A stretch of DNA of 64,000 nt from IMG/VR virus record IMGVR_UViG_3300042473_001368; one strand, written 5' to 3'. The position numbers and the translations under genes are program-made. Below, in pieces: positions 17,343 through 26,222 of this stretch. Numbering within the stretch: position 1 is the stretch's first letter; every line of letters begins with the position of its first letter. The notes under the pieces are model-generated. The model saw only the letters and a list, made by a program, of their open reading frames with translations, did not search any database and was not told the DNA's origin. This DNA is from a virus.

Positions 17343-18767
17343 TTATCGACTGACCTCTTCCCAGTCCATTGATCCGTAAATGTCATCGCCATCTTTACTC
17401 GCTGCTACAGCTAGAGTTAATTCAAAGGATGTATTTGTAAAGCTATTTCTCTCAAGTTGGAACTTGAACAAAGCTTCTTTAAGAATATCAATAGTAGGAC
17501 TTCCTTGAGCATTGGAAGCAAGATATCCAGAAGCCAATACTCTACCGCCGGACAGACTAGTTCCATCTAGCTTGTATTCTACAGCGGAATTAGCGCTTCC
17601 AGCATCGGTCCATGTACCACCACTAGTTGTCCCTGAAGCAACTGCTCGCCAATTGTAAACTCCTGTACCTAATCCCATTATAGATAATGCAGTTAGAATA
17701 ACAATAGCATCTTGTCTTGCTGATTTTAAACGTATTGAAACTACAGGGTAAAAGGTTCCTTTTACTGTAAGATCTTTAGGAGCAGTTATTTCTGTGCCTA
17801 CTGCTTGTTGCAAGCCTCTTAGCTCATAGCCACCTTCAGATATAACTGTGCTACAAACTTGTTTTAATTTGCTCGGACCTGAAGTTGCAGCTTTATTTTC
17901 AATTTCATATCTGAGCGGTAGTGATCCTGTTGTAATGTATGTTGAATCAATTAGATTAGCGTGATGGAAGTAATGGCAAGGTACAAACTGACCATTGATA
18001 ACAAATCCTGTTCTCACAGTGCCTAATCCGAGCCATTCGATATCCGCGAATAAAATTTGAGCCTTTGTAATATCAAGGGTAAGTCCAGATGGTCCTGATC
18101 CATCTAAGCGATCTACATTCCATTGCGACTGTGGGATACGGTTAGATGAAAGCGAGCCAGAGGTAATGCTGCGTTCAACCATGTAAAGAGTGCTATCGTC
18201 TAACTCTAAGTAGATACCATTATCAACGCCAAAATAACCAACACGTTGTCTAAGATTTGTCTTAGCTTGGTTGAAGGTGAATGTATTTAACAGCTGTAAG
18301 CTCTTACCAGGTTGATATGCAAATACTTTAGTAGTTTCGCGATAAACTTTAGAACCGCTGAGAGCATCAACTTTTAGTTCGACGAGACCTTGAGTTTGAA
18401 TAAATTGCGCAGAAGCAGATGTTGATGTAGATCCTCCTGTTAATGTTGCCCAAAGGTTGTTATCTGCATATCTATGAGACGAGTCAAAAAGAGTCAATGG
18501 ACTTGATGTTCGTGTTCTTCCGAATGCGTCGCTTCCCATGTTTAAGTTGCCTGTATAGTTGCTTGTTGTATCATCAACACTCTTAACTAATACAGCATAC
18601 TTAGGATAGACCTCAACAGAACTTGTTGGAGCAACTCCGGTAGCGTTAGGTGAGTTGTATCGTGTAACAGATACAGCAGGGTATGTTGTATGATTTTTAA
18701 GTTCAACAAACTTACCGTATTCTGCGGTTTGATAATTTGCTACAACAACGGTATTATATTCACTCAT
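17343..18767 (-). CDS. putative virion-associated beta-rich protein
   Basis: ~474 aa, DAFGR.R.S.P.TLFDS motif of large T4-like phages; ATAAATA late promoter upstream on the minus strand. Confidence 0.7.
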   Translation of the reverse strand: MSEYNTVVVANYQTAEYGKFVELKNHTTYPAVSVTRYNSPNATGVAPTSSVEVYPKYAVLVKSVDDTTSNYTGNLNMGSDAFGRTRTSSPLTLFDSSHRYADNNLWATLTGGSTSTSASAQFIQTQGLVELKVDALSGSKVYRETTKVFAYQPGKSLQLLNTFTFNQAKTNLRQRVGYFGVDNGIYLELDDSTLYMVERSITSGSLSSNRIPQSQWNVDRLDGSGPSGLTLDITKAQILFADIEWLGLGTVRTGFVINGQFVPCHYFHHANLIDSTYITTGSLPLRYEIENKAATSGPSKLKQVCSTVISEGGYELRGLQQAVGTEITAPKDLTVKGTFYPVVSIRLKSARQDAIVILTALSIMGLGTGVYNWRAVASGTTSGGTWTDAGSANSAVEYKLDGTSLSGGRVLASGYLASNAQGSPTIDILKEALFKFQLERNSFTNTSFELTLAVAASKDGDDIYGSMDWEEVSR

Positions 18768-18824
18768 CAAAAGTATTTATCATTTTGAGTGGATTATTAT
18801 TAATTTGTTGTTATAATAAGTTGT

Positions 18825-18953
18825 ATGTCGGATAGAACAACAACCAAAACAAGAAAAGCTACAGTAAAACGCGGCAATGTTACTGTTCGTAAGACTGTAA
18901 CAGTAACAAAGACTGTAAAGGCTCCAAAAGAGAAACGGAGACGTAAGAAATAA
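18825..18953 (+). CDS. 42-aa highly basic peptide
   Basis: MSDRTTTKTRKATVKRGNVTVRKTVTVTKTVKAPKEKRRRKK; TATAAT just upstream. Confidence 0.5.
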   Translation: MSDRTTTKTRKATVKRGNVTVRKTVTVTKTVKAPKEKRRRKK

Positions 18954-18962
18954 TTTTTATAT

Positions 18963-19054
18963 GGGTGTGTGGTCGAGTCTGGTTTATGGCGCCGCACTTG
19001 AAATGCGGAGGTGGTGAAAGCTGCCCGTGGGTTCAAATCCTACCGCACCCGCCA
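18963..19054 (+). tRNA. tRNA-Ser(TGA)
   Basis: ccgca-CTTGAAA-tgcgg, long variable arm, G73, CCA. Confidence 0.93.
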
Positions 19055-19151
19055 ATTTAATAAATTGCATGATGAGTCGCGCTCATCTGATCTGGAATAC
19101 GCAGGAGGACGTCCAGTAAGAATAATATATAAACCCTGCACAATTTTTAAC

Positions 19152-19233
19152 GGCTCCGTGGTGGAACGTATACACAGCAAACTTAAAATTTGCCGCCTTA
19201 GGGATTGCGATGTCGAAGTCGCCGGAGCCACCA
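19152..19233 (+). tRNA. tRNA-Leu(TAA)
   Basis: gcaaa-CTTAAAA-tttgc, atypical T loop, CCA. Confidence 0.85.
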
Positions 19234-19243
19234 TTTTAACATT

Positions 19244-19726
19244 ATGCGTAAATTAACATTTAGCGATTGCGAATCGCATGTAGACAAGATTTGTAAGTCG
19301 ATTGTAAAATCGCACTGGCAGCCCGACTATATTGTAGGCCTCAGTAGAGGTGGATTAGTTCCAGGAGTAATGATTAGTCATTGGCTCAATGTACCATTTA
19401 AGCCTCTTGAGGTCTCTCTCAGAGATGGTGGGTATCGTAAGAGTTCAAAGTTTCTTTCAAAAGAAGCGCAATACGGTAGAAACATTCTCATTGTCGATGA
19501 TATTAATGATTCAGGTAAAACATTTAACTGGATTATGAGTGACTGGGAGACTACAATCAGCCAAGGAGGGCATTCGCTCGAAGATGCATGGAACAACAAT
19601 GTAAGATTTGCTGTTCTCGTTAACAAGATCGAGAGTGGCTGCGATGTTAGTATTGATTACTTTGGCGCAGATAACTCATGCGACGTCTCTCCGAAAGAAT
19701 GGTATTCCTTTCCTTGGGAACTTTAA
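19244..19726 (+). CDS. type I phosphoribosyltransferase (purine PRT-like)
   Basis: IVGLSRGGLVP and ILIVDDINDSGKT PRPP-binding motif. Confidence 0.85.
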   Translation: MRKLTFSDCESHVDKICKSIVKSHWQPDYIVGLSRGGLVPGVMISHWLNVPFKPLEVSLRDGGYRKSSKFLSKEAQYGRNILIVDDINDSGKTFNWIMSDWETTISQGGHSLEDAWNNNVRFAVLVNKIESGCDVSIDYFGADNSCDVSPKEWYSFPWEL

Positions 19727-19741
19727 TATAATATCTATAAC

Positions 19742-19816
19742 GCGCGATTAGCTCAGCGGTAGAGCAGATCCTTTACACGGATAAGGTCGGCGGTTCAATC
19801 CCGTCATCGCGTACCA
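19742..19816 (+). tRNA. tRNA-Val(TAC)
   Basis: Loop TTTACAC, CCA. Confidence 0.92.
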
Positions 19817-19835
19817 CTTTTTAATAAATAACATT

Positions 19836-20198
19836 ATGCAATTTACAGCTTTAGTTGAGAAGGTCATAGACGGTGTGACGGAAATGTTTACTCTCTTTAT
19901 AACCAAGAGAGCCGCAGGCGCAAAAAAGATCGAGGATGCTGCACGCAAGAAAGGCATGTACGCAATTCTTACAGCGTATCATTTTGCAGGTAAGGTCAAA
20001 CCTTATGCTGACGCATTAAAATGGGCTAAGAAAGAAGCTAAAGAGGATCACTTCAAAGAGCAGTATAAGGAATTTTACTCCAAGCTGAAGAACATCGATT
20101 CTCTCTCTCAAAAAGAATTTCAAATGATTACAGGATCTCTTGAGGCGTACGGCGAAGTTTATATTCAGTCAAAGACGCCAAAAGATTATTCAAAATAA
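19836..20198 (+). CDS. hypothetical late protein
   Basis: 120-aa ORF after ATAAATA. Confidence 0.65.
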   Translation: MQFTALVEKVIDGVTEMFTLFITKRAAGAKKIEDAARKKGMYAILTAYHFAGKVKPYADALKWAKKEAKEDHFKEQYKEFYSKLKNIDSLSQKEFQMITGSLEAYGEVYIQSKTPKDYSK

Positions 20199-20205
20199 TA
20201 ACAAC

Positions 20206-20279
20206 GAGGCGGTGGGAGAATGGCCATCCAGCGGACTGCAACTCCGTGTATATCAGTTCGAGTCTGATCCGCCTCTCCA
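20206..20279 (+). tRNA. tRNA-Cys(GCA)
   Basis: gcgga-CTGCAAC-tccgt, U73, CCA. Confidence 0.92.
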
Positions 20280-20292
20280 ATTTATAACGAAC

Positions 20293-20366
20293 ACGGGTAT
20301 AATATAATGGTAGTATGCAACGTTGCCAACGTTGATGTTCCGGATCAAAACCGGGTACCCGTACCA
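20293..20366 (+). tRNA. tRNA-Gly(GCC)
   Basis: caacg-TTGCCAA-cgttg, T-loop ATCAAAA, A73, CCA. Confidence 0.85.
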
Positions 20367-20372
20367 CTTTTT

Positions 20373-20449
20373 GCCTCGATATCCCAATTGGTAGAGGAGC
20401 ATGTTTAAGGGACATGATGTTGAGGGTTCGACTCCCTCTCGAGGCACCA
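20373..20449 (+). tRNA. tRNA with AAG anticodon (nominal Leu), short variable loop
   Basis: Perfect catgt-TTAAGGG-acatg arm, 5-nt variable loop, A73, CCA. Confidence 0.75.
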
Positions 20450-20453
20450 ATAT

Positions 20454-20528
20454 ACCACTGTAGTTCAGAGGCAGAACGCGTCGCTCATAACGACGAGGTC
20501 GGGATTTCGAAATTCCCTGGTGGTACCA
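20454..20528 (+). tRNA. tRNA(CAT), elongator Met or Ile2
   Basis: cgtcg-CTCATAA-cgacg, CCA. Confidence 0.88.
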
Positions 20529-20536
20529 AATTTTAA

Positions 20537-20629
20537 GGAACGTTGACAGAGTCCGGTATTGTGCTGTCCTGCTAAGACATGGCCAACCCTATAAAGGTTG
20601 CATTGGTTCAAATCCAATACGTTCCTCCA
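20537..20629 (+). tRNA. tRNA-Ser(GCT)
   Basis: Loop CTGCTAA, long variable arm, U73, CCA. Confidence 0.85.
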
Positions 20630-20709
20630 TTTTCAACAATGTTAAGTGTTTTGAGAGATTTCATAACGAACTAAGATATAATTAAGGAGTAACGAAACAA
20701 TATACCAAA

Positions 20710-21750
20710 ATGACACAAGTACTAGAAAATATCAAAAATACAGTCAAGCAACACACCCTTGTACCTTTTACCGCACGCGAGATTGCGTGCAATAAGCAAG
20801 GCGATAGAGCAACGATCGACGTTGTAACAAACAATACTCGCTTTACCGTAGAGAAACCAGGCGATATTATGTCTGCGATCGGTATTAAGCCTTCTCTTGC
20901 TAAGCGCATTCTTAGCAATCCTACTGAGAACTGGTCTGTCTTCCAAGATGCGATCAGCAATATTGATAAGAATAAAACTTATGGTTTGATTGCGCGTAGC
21001 GATAATGCTGCAATTAGCATTGTTGATACTAAATTGAAAGAGATTCAACAATTGAATTATGACTCTCGCATTGACGACCTTATCAATACTCTTGACGGTA
21101 ATGCAGGCTTTCAATTCCACAATGCGCTCTTCAATCCTCTCGATTGCTCAGTTGATATCAATGTCAACAACCTCTCTCGTGAGCTTGATATGGGCGGTGG
21201 CGATCTTTGGAAGTTCGGTACTGCAGTGAATTTGTCTCTAACCAATCAAACTTATGCGCAATACTTCTTGCGTTTGATTTGTACGAACGGTATGACTACT
21301 CGTGAGAATCTCGCGTATCGTAGCGCAGAGCTTACTAAGCATATTGGTAAGCAATTCGTAAAATATGCGAGCGATGAGAATGCTGTGAGATTGGCTAATG
21401 CTCGTGTATCTAAACTTAAAGGAGCGCGCGCTTCTGTGTATGAATTGAATAGCGTTGCAGGTGCACTTGGTAAAGAAGCTGAGATTTACTTTCCGAATTA
21501 CACTTCTATTATCGAAGATTTCCGCAGCGCTGGATACGATATTAAAGATATTGGCGCTAAGCAAGCGAAGCTTATGTTTACTAACGAGAACCTCTACGAT
21601 GTATTCAATGTTGCAACGTATCTCTCTTCTCATCAACGCGAAGCTATCGGCGATCGTAAAGCGCTTGAGCTTAATAAGGCGGCAGGCGAGATGTTTGTAA
21701 AAGGTCCTGACCTTCAATTCTCTCTGATCGACATTTACAAAGGCAAATAA
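20710..21750 (+). CDS. DUF932-like protein
   Basis: LRLICTNGM motif; own early promoter and a terminator. Confidence 0.6.
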   Translation: MTQVLENIKNTVKQHTLVPFTAREIACNKQGDRATIDVVTNNTRFTVEKPGDIMSAIGIKPSLAKRILSNPTENWSVFQDAISNIDKNKTYGLIARSDNAAISIVDTKLKEIQQLNYDSRIDDLINTLDGNAGFQFHNALFNPLDCSVDINVNNLSRELDMGGGDLWKFGTAVNLSLTNQTYAQYFLRLICTNGMTTRENLAYRSAELTKHIGKQFVKYASDENAVRLANARVSKLKGARASVYELNSVAGALGKEAEIYFPNYTSIIEDFRSAGYDIKDIGAKQAKLMFTNENLYDVFNVATYLSSHQREAIGDRKALELNKAAGEMFVKGPDLQFSLIDIYKGK

Positions 21751-21764
21751 TTCATATTGCGTGT

Positions 21765-21793
21765 GAGGAGACCGACTTTTAGTCGGTCTCCTC
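21765..21793 (+). terminator. hairpin terminator
   Basis: 13-bp perfect stem gaggagaccgact/agtcggtctcctc. Confidence 0.75.
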
Positions 21794-21821
21794 TTAATGA
21801 ACTAGTGTATAATAAGAGAGT

Positions 21822-22070
21822 ATGAAGGTAAGAGGAACAATCCAAGCAGATGTAGAGATTACAGACTTTGAAGCAGCGTGTATTGCAATTAAGGTAATTC
21901 GGATCACTAGAATGTGGCCAGGGCGATATCGTATTGATGAAAACGGCAATGTATGCGAAGAGGTGGTGAATGTAACATCTCATGAATGGTCTGAGACGAA
22001 GATTATCCGTCCTGCGACAGATGAGGATAGATTTACCTGCAAACTTATCCAAGATATTTTAAAGGGCTGA
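21822..22070 (+). CDS. hypothetical protein
   Basis: 82 aa after an early promoter; stop overlaps the RNA 5' end. Confidence 0.6.
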   Translation: MKVRGTIQADVEITDFEAACIAIKVIRITRMWPGRYRIDENGNVCEEVVNVTSHEWSETKIIRPATDEDRFTCKLIQDILKG

Positions 22071-22130
22071 ATATGGTTTCGACGGGAGAGTTTACGCTCT
22101 CCCGGACGGGGTTCGAGTCCCCACGGTCCA
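22064..22130 (+). ncRNA. minimal tmRNA-like RNA (tRNA-like domain only, no tag ORF)
   Basis: GGGCTGAATATGGTTTCGAC 5' signature, gggagag/ctctccc P2 closed by a 6-nt loop, GGAC-GGGG-TTCGAGT-CCCC, G3.U70 and A73. Confidence 0.75.
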
Positions 22131-22149
22131 CTTTTTAACAAAACAAATT

Positions 22150-22488
22150 ATGAGAGAATTATTAAAAATTTTATTAGTCGGGAGCTTAACCTCAGCAATG
22201 TATTACTACGCTGAACAACGTGATGTTCTATTTGCGCAGATTTTAGCATGGTGCTGTATGGCGTTTTCAATGTATATCGCACTTGCTTTGGTTGCGAGCT
22301 ATAAGTTCTATACTCAAACGATGAAAATCTTAGCGGTAAGTCCTTTGTGGCATCGCATCCCAAACTATGGATTTATTACGTTTAACATCCATGCACTATA
22401 CGGATCTGCTTTAGGTTACATCTACCTTATTCTGATTATCTTTTTCGAAGCACTATATTTAATTGCAAAGTTATCAACAGATGAATAA
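22150..22488 (+). CDS. membrane protein
   Basis: Several hydrophobic helices. Confidence 0.6.
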   Translation: MRELLKILLVGSLTSAMYYYAEQRDVLFAQILAWCCMAFSMYIALALVASYKFYTQTMKILAVSPLWHRIPNYGFITFNIHALYGSALGYIYLILIIFFEALYLIAKLSTDE

Positions 22489-22645
22489 AGATCCTATACA
22501 AACAAAAATCGATAGCCTCACGCGCACTCTTGCAGAGCATGAGAAGCTATTAAAGTCTCTCAAACTTCAAACTCAACGAATGGAGCAACTTCTAGCAAAG
22601 CTGCAAAGAGATATTAAATCTCTGAAGAATAAAAACGAACAGTAA
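22481..22645 (+). CDS. small coiled-coil protein
   Basis: Heptad-rich MNKDPIQTKIDSL... Confidence 0.55.
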   Translation: MNKDPIQTKIDSLTRTLAEHEKLLKSLKLQTQRMEQLLAKLQRDIKSLKNKNEQ

Positions 22646-22808
22646 ATGATAACCTTTTTAGTACAATATACAGACCCGTGTTTACAGGTACCTTTAAACG
22701 AGAAGATACAAGCAGAAGATAAAACAGATGCGCGTGATAAGTTCTTTGAACTGTTTACAGATATTGAGCGCGTAGACAAAATTACACGAGTATTGAACGT
22801 AGCATATC

Positions 22809-23303
22809 ATGAGTGAAATTACCTTTAATATAGTTACATCTATCAAGTATGGTACGCATCGCAGTTTGCGAAGTGAAGGAGAATCTCGACGAGATTTGCT
22901 CCTTAGCAATATCGATATGTTATTAAAGGAGTTTATCATTCCTGATTTTCTTATAATCAATTACAGGCCTATTCCTTTACGTCGTAAGATGTTAGGTGCT
23001 GCGTGGCTTGATGGTGAGATAGCAATTATCGATATTGAAGCGCGTCAAGATGATGAGAGCTTTTTCTCTACTCTGTTCCATGAAATGACGCATATAGAGC
23101 AATTTGTAACAGAGAAGCTTTGCGCGCTTGATGATGAACCGGAGCGCGGATATCTTTGGGAAGGTGTAGAGCATGTGCGCCTTAAGACAACAGATGACAG
23201 TTATGATGACCAACCTTGGGAAGCTGAGGCAAATCTCAAAGCAGAAAGAGTCATGAAGAAATTCAATATGAATTTAAACTTTAAAAAGTTCTTGAACGAA
23301 TAA
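22809..23303 (+). CDS. HExxH zinc metallopeptidase-like protein
   Basis: FHEMTHIEQ and QPWEAEA; paralogue of 62071-62526. Confidence 0.75.
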   Translation: MSEITFNIVTSIKYGTHRSLRSEGESRRDLLLSNIDMLLKEFIIPDFLIINYRPIPLRRKMLGAAWLDGEIAIIDIEARQDDESFFSTLFHEMTHIEQFVTEKLCALDDEPERGYLWEGVEHVRLKTTDDSYDDQPWEAEANLKAERVMKKFNMNLNFKKFLNE

Positions 23304-23338
23304 CGAACTAGGATATAATTAGTACATATAAACGATCT

Positions 23339-23563
23339 ATGAAGAAACAAAACGAAACATGGGATGGCTATTTGGCCAATAAACAAGTGCGACCAAAACT
23401 CTACAATGTAACTCTTCGCCGTAAGCGCGATGGTACATTCGAGATTGTGTCGCGTGGTGCTCAGATGCTCAATGTAGTTAATGAGTACAAGCATGATATG
23501 GTTACTGTTAATGCACGCTCGCTTGCTAAAGCGCTGCGCAATAACGGTATTGTAGCTAAGTAA
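23339..23563 (+). CDS. hypothetical protein
   Basis: ORF after an early promoter, followed by a terminator. Confidence 0.65.
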   Translation: MKKQNETWDGYLANKQVRPKLYNVTLRRKRDGTFEIVSRGAQMLNVVNEYKHDMVTVNARSLAKALRNNGIVAK

Positions 23564-23575
23564 CCCTAATCACAC

Positions 23576-23605
23576 AGAGGGTGCGGCTTAGGCTGCACCC
23601 TCTTT
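23576..23605 (+). terminator. intrinsic terminator
   Basis: agagggtgcggc-ttag-gctgcaccctct plus T run. Confidence 0.8.
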
Positions 23606-23797
23606 AAATTTTTTTTACAAAGAACAACTAATGAATAAAAATACAAAACACGCAAGAAGCAAAGGATACTGCAGTATGAAAGATATGAACACTGGCGGTG
23701 ACAAAGTGTACGCTGGTAGTAGATGCGATACTCGCTGGGATAATCCAAACAGCAAGCACCGCAAAGCAAAACAATACAAAGTTAGCAAAGGGTAATT

Positions 23798-24076
23798 ATG
23801 GGTACTACTGCACGTAACGATATTACTGGAATGGCGATTAAGTCTCGGGCGCAAACCGGGGCTTATCGCTCCGGTTGGGATGCTATCTTCGCTAAGAAGA
23901 CTCCTGAGGAATGGATCAATGAACGCCTAGATGGTAAGGTTATTGTTCTAGATCCTGATGGTTGGCGCGAAGATGATACACCTTACGATAAGCCAATTAC
24001 ATACAAGGACTTTTGCAATCGCTTAAGTACCTCTACTATTCAGACAAATCTTTCTTTGTCTGCATTCAATCTATAA
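23798..24076 (+). CDS. hypothetical protein
   Basis: ARNDITG..IKS and DPDGWR motifs common in phage ORFs. Confidence 0.65.
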   Translation: MGTTARNDITGMAIKSRAQTGAYRSGWDAIFAKKTPEEWINERLDGKVIVLDPDGWREDDTPYDKPITYKDFCNRLSTSTIQTNLSLSAFNL

Positions 24077-24101
24077 ACGAACAATAATACAATAAACACA
24101 A

Positions 24102-24659
24102 ATGAAAACTAAACTAATTGCATTAGCATCTCTTGGAGGTGTATTTCTACTTGGCCTAATTCTTATGTTCTCTGCTATTGGCAGTGTAAACAGTTATACT
24201 CGACTCGAAAACCTAGCAAAGGCTACGCAAGTTGATAATAGCAACGTTCTTGATAATACTCGAAAGAGTATTCGTGAAGCTGCTGGTGTGAGTGATAAGG
24301 AGGTTGAAGCTCTCACGAACATTATCACTGGTTATGCAGAAGCTAGAGGCGGTAATACTGCTGGCGAAGGTCAAATGGTAACTGTTGGTATGGTGCAAGA
24401 AGCTGTACCAGGTATCACCGAGATTAAAACGCTAACTAACTTGCAAAATATTGTTGTCGCAGGACGCAAAGATTGGCAGTATAGTCAGACTCGATTGCTT
24501 GAAGTGAAACGACAAGCGGATGATGCTCTTGGTATGTTTCCATCTGGCACTATTCTAAAGATGCTGGGCAAGCGCGAGATTGAAGTCGTGATTGTTACAA
24601 GCGCCGAGACAAAAGAAAACTTTAAGTCTGGAGAAGACAATTCTAACTGGATCAAATAA
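24102..24659 (+). CDS. membrane-anchored LemA-like protein
   Basis: N-terminal TM helix, helical body, MFPSG..L motif. Confidence 0.6.
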   Translation: MKTKLIALASLGGVFLLGLILMFSAIGSVNSYTRLENLAKATQVDNSNVLDNTRKSIREAAGVSDKEVEALTNIITGYAEARGGNTAGEGQMVTVGMVQEAVPGITEIKTLTNLQNIVVAGRKDWQYSQTRLLEVKRQADDALGMFPSGTILKMLGKREIEVVIVTSAETKENFKSGEDNSNWIK

Positions 24660-25756
24660 TGACACTAGGCTACTGGCTATTTCTACTAATGTTAATCCCT
24701 GTAATTGCAGGGATTTTCTGTTGGATCAAATATGATACAATTGATCTGAAAGAACTTGGCGCAGGAGTCGTCGCAGCTATTATAACTATCACAGTTGTGC
24801 TAAGTCTTGGCACATGCAGCATGAAAAGAGATAGCGAGACACTAAGCGGTAGTGTAACAGCTGCTGTTTATATTCCTGAATGGCATGCACGCTGGACTGA
24901 GCTTGAGACATATACAACAACAGATAGTAAAGGCAAGTCGCAATCACATACACGAATTGTAACTCGCAATCGTCATTATCCTCCAGAATGGCACGCAGAT
25001 ACAACTCTTGGTCGTGTAAGCATCACGCAAAGTTTCTATATGCAAATTGCTGAAAAACATGGCACACATAGCGTTCGCGGCGATCGTTATCATTATTATA
25101 GTGGCGATATGAATGATTATATCAGTGATGTGCATGATGATCCAGAATATTGCGATTATCCTATGACGCAGACTCGTTCGTGGTCAAATCCATTAAAGAA
25201 TACACAAGGTTTGCATAGCTATCGAAATATCAGTGATAAGGAAGCAAAGAGCTTAGGCTTACCGCAATACCCTCAAAATGAAACCTTTGGTAGCTCGCGG
25301 ATCATTGGAGATATTCCTATTAACATTTGGAATTGGGATAAACTGAATAGCTATATAGGTCCTGAGAAGCATGTGAATCTGATTCTCGTAAATCTAAAGG
25401 GTGGAGTTGATCAAGCAAAACAACTTCAAGGTTATTGGAAAAATGGTAAAAAGAATGATCTGGTAATTTGCTATGACGGCGAGAAGAATGCTCCAGCACA
25501 ATGGTGTTATGTCTTTGGTTGGAGTAAAAGCGAGCTAGTAAAACTAAACATTCAAAGCCTATTTCTCGAAAAACCAATCAATGACTATTTGCTGCCAGAT
25601 CTAAAAGCTATTGTGCTCGCTAATTATGAAGCGCACGAATGGGTAAAATACAAGGACTCTCCTGTTCTTATTGGCACTGGTTGGGTTGTTGCTGCATTTA
25701 TCATTATGTTAATTAGCCAAGTTGCGCTATATCTTTGCTTCCACGAGAATAATTAA
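24659..25756 (+). CDS. membrane protein with a large extracytoplasmic domain
   Basis: Two N-terminal TMs and one C-terminal TM, W.NGKKNDLVI; coupled to the LemA-like gene. Confidence 0.7.
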   Translation: MTLGYWLFLLMLIPVIAGIFCWIKYDTIDLKELGAGVVAAIITITVVLSLGTCSMKRDSETLSGSVTAAVYIPEWHARWTELETYTTTDSKGKSQSHTRIVTRNRHYPPEWHADTTLGRVSITQSFYMQIAEKHGTHSVRGDRYHYYSGDMNDYISDVHDDPEYCDYPMTQTRSWSNPLKNTQGLHSYRNISDKEAKSLGLPQYPQNETFGSSRIIGDIPINIWNWDKLNSYIGPEKHVNLILVNLKGGVDQAKQLQGYWKNGKKNDLVICYDGEKNAPAQWCYVFGWSKSELVKLNIQSLFLEKPINDYLLPDLKAIVLANYEAHEWVKYKDSPVLIGTGWVVAAFIIMLISQVALYLCFHENN

Positions 25757-25785
25757 GGAACCTCTATATAATTAATTTACAAAGT

Positions 25786-26193
25786 ATGAGAAAACGTTTA
25801 CTTAAATGGTTATTTGGTGATAATGCTTGGGCGGCGGCGGTCCTGCCTCGAACATATCACGACAAAGATGAAATTATTCGTCGCGTGCTTTTTGAGGCTC
25901 TTGTACGCTATGTCGAAGATGAAGATGATTTGAGAATTGGCCGTGACCGCGAATATTATAGTGTTGAATTGCAGAGCAATTTTATGACTCTTGAAGAAAT
26001 AGATGCGCGCATCGCTTGGAGACAACCTCTATATGATGCATATCTTTACATTAAGGAGACTCGGCCAAAACTTCAAGCAGATCTTAATCATAATGATTTA
26101 CGAATCTGTATAACTCTCATCACAGAAATCGAAGAACGTGATCAACAAACAATGGAAACAATAGTCAAATATAGTGGCTATATGTGGACTTAA
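25786..26193 (+). CDS. hypothetical protein
   Basis: 135 aa after an early promoter. Confidence 0.65.
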   Translation: MRKRLLKWLFGDNAWAAAVLPRTYHDKDEIIRRVLFEALVRYVEDEDDLRIGRDREYYSVELQSNFMTLEEIDARIAWRQPLYDAYLYIKETRPKLQADLNHNDLRICITLITEIEERDQQTMETIVKYSGYMWT

Positions 26194-26222
26194 AACGAAC
26201 TTCAATAAAATAATAATATAGA

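Noticed and set aside
20289-20303. GAAC-N5-TATAAT match overlapping the 5' end of tRNA-Gly(GCC)
   Set aside because: The TSS would fall inside the tRNA, so it is probably a coincidence from the tRNA sequence.
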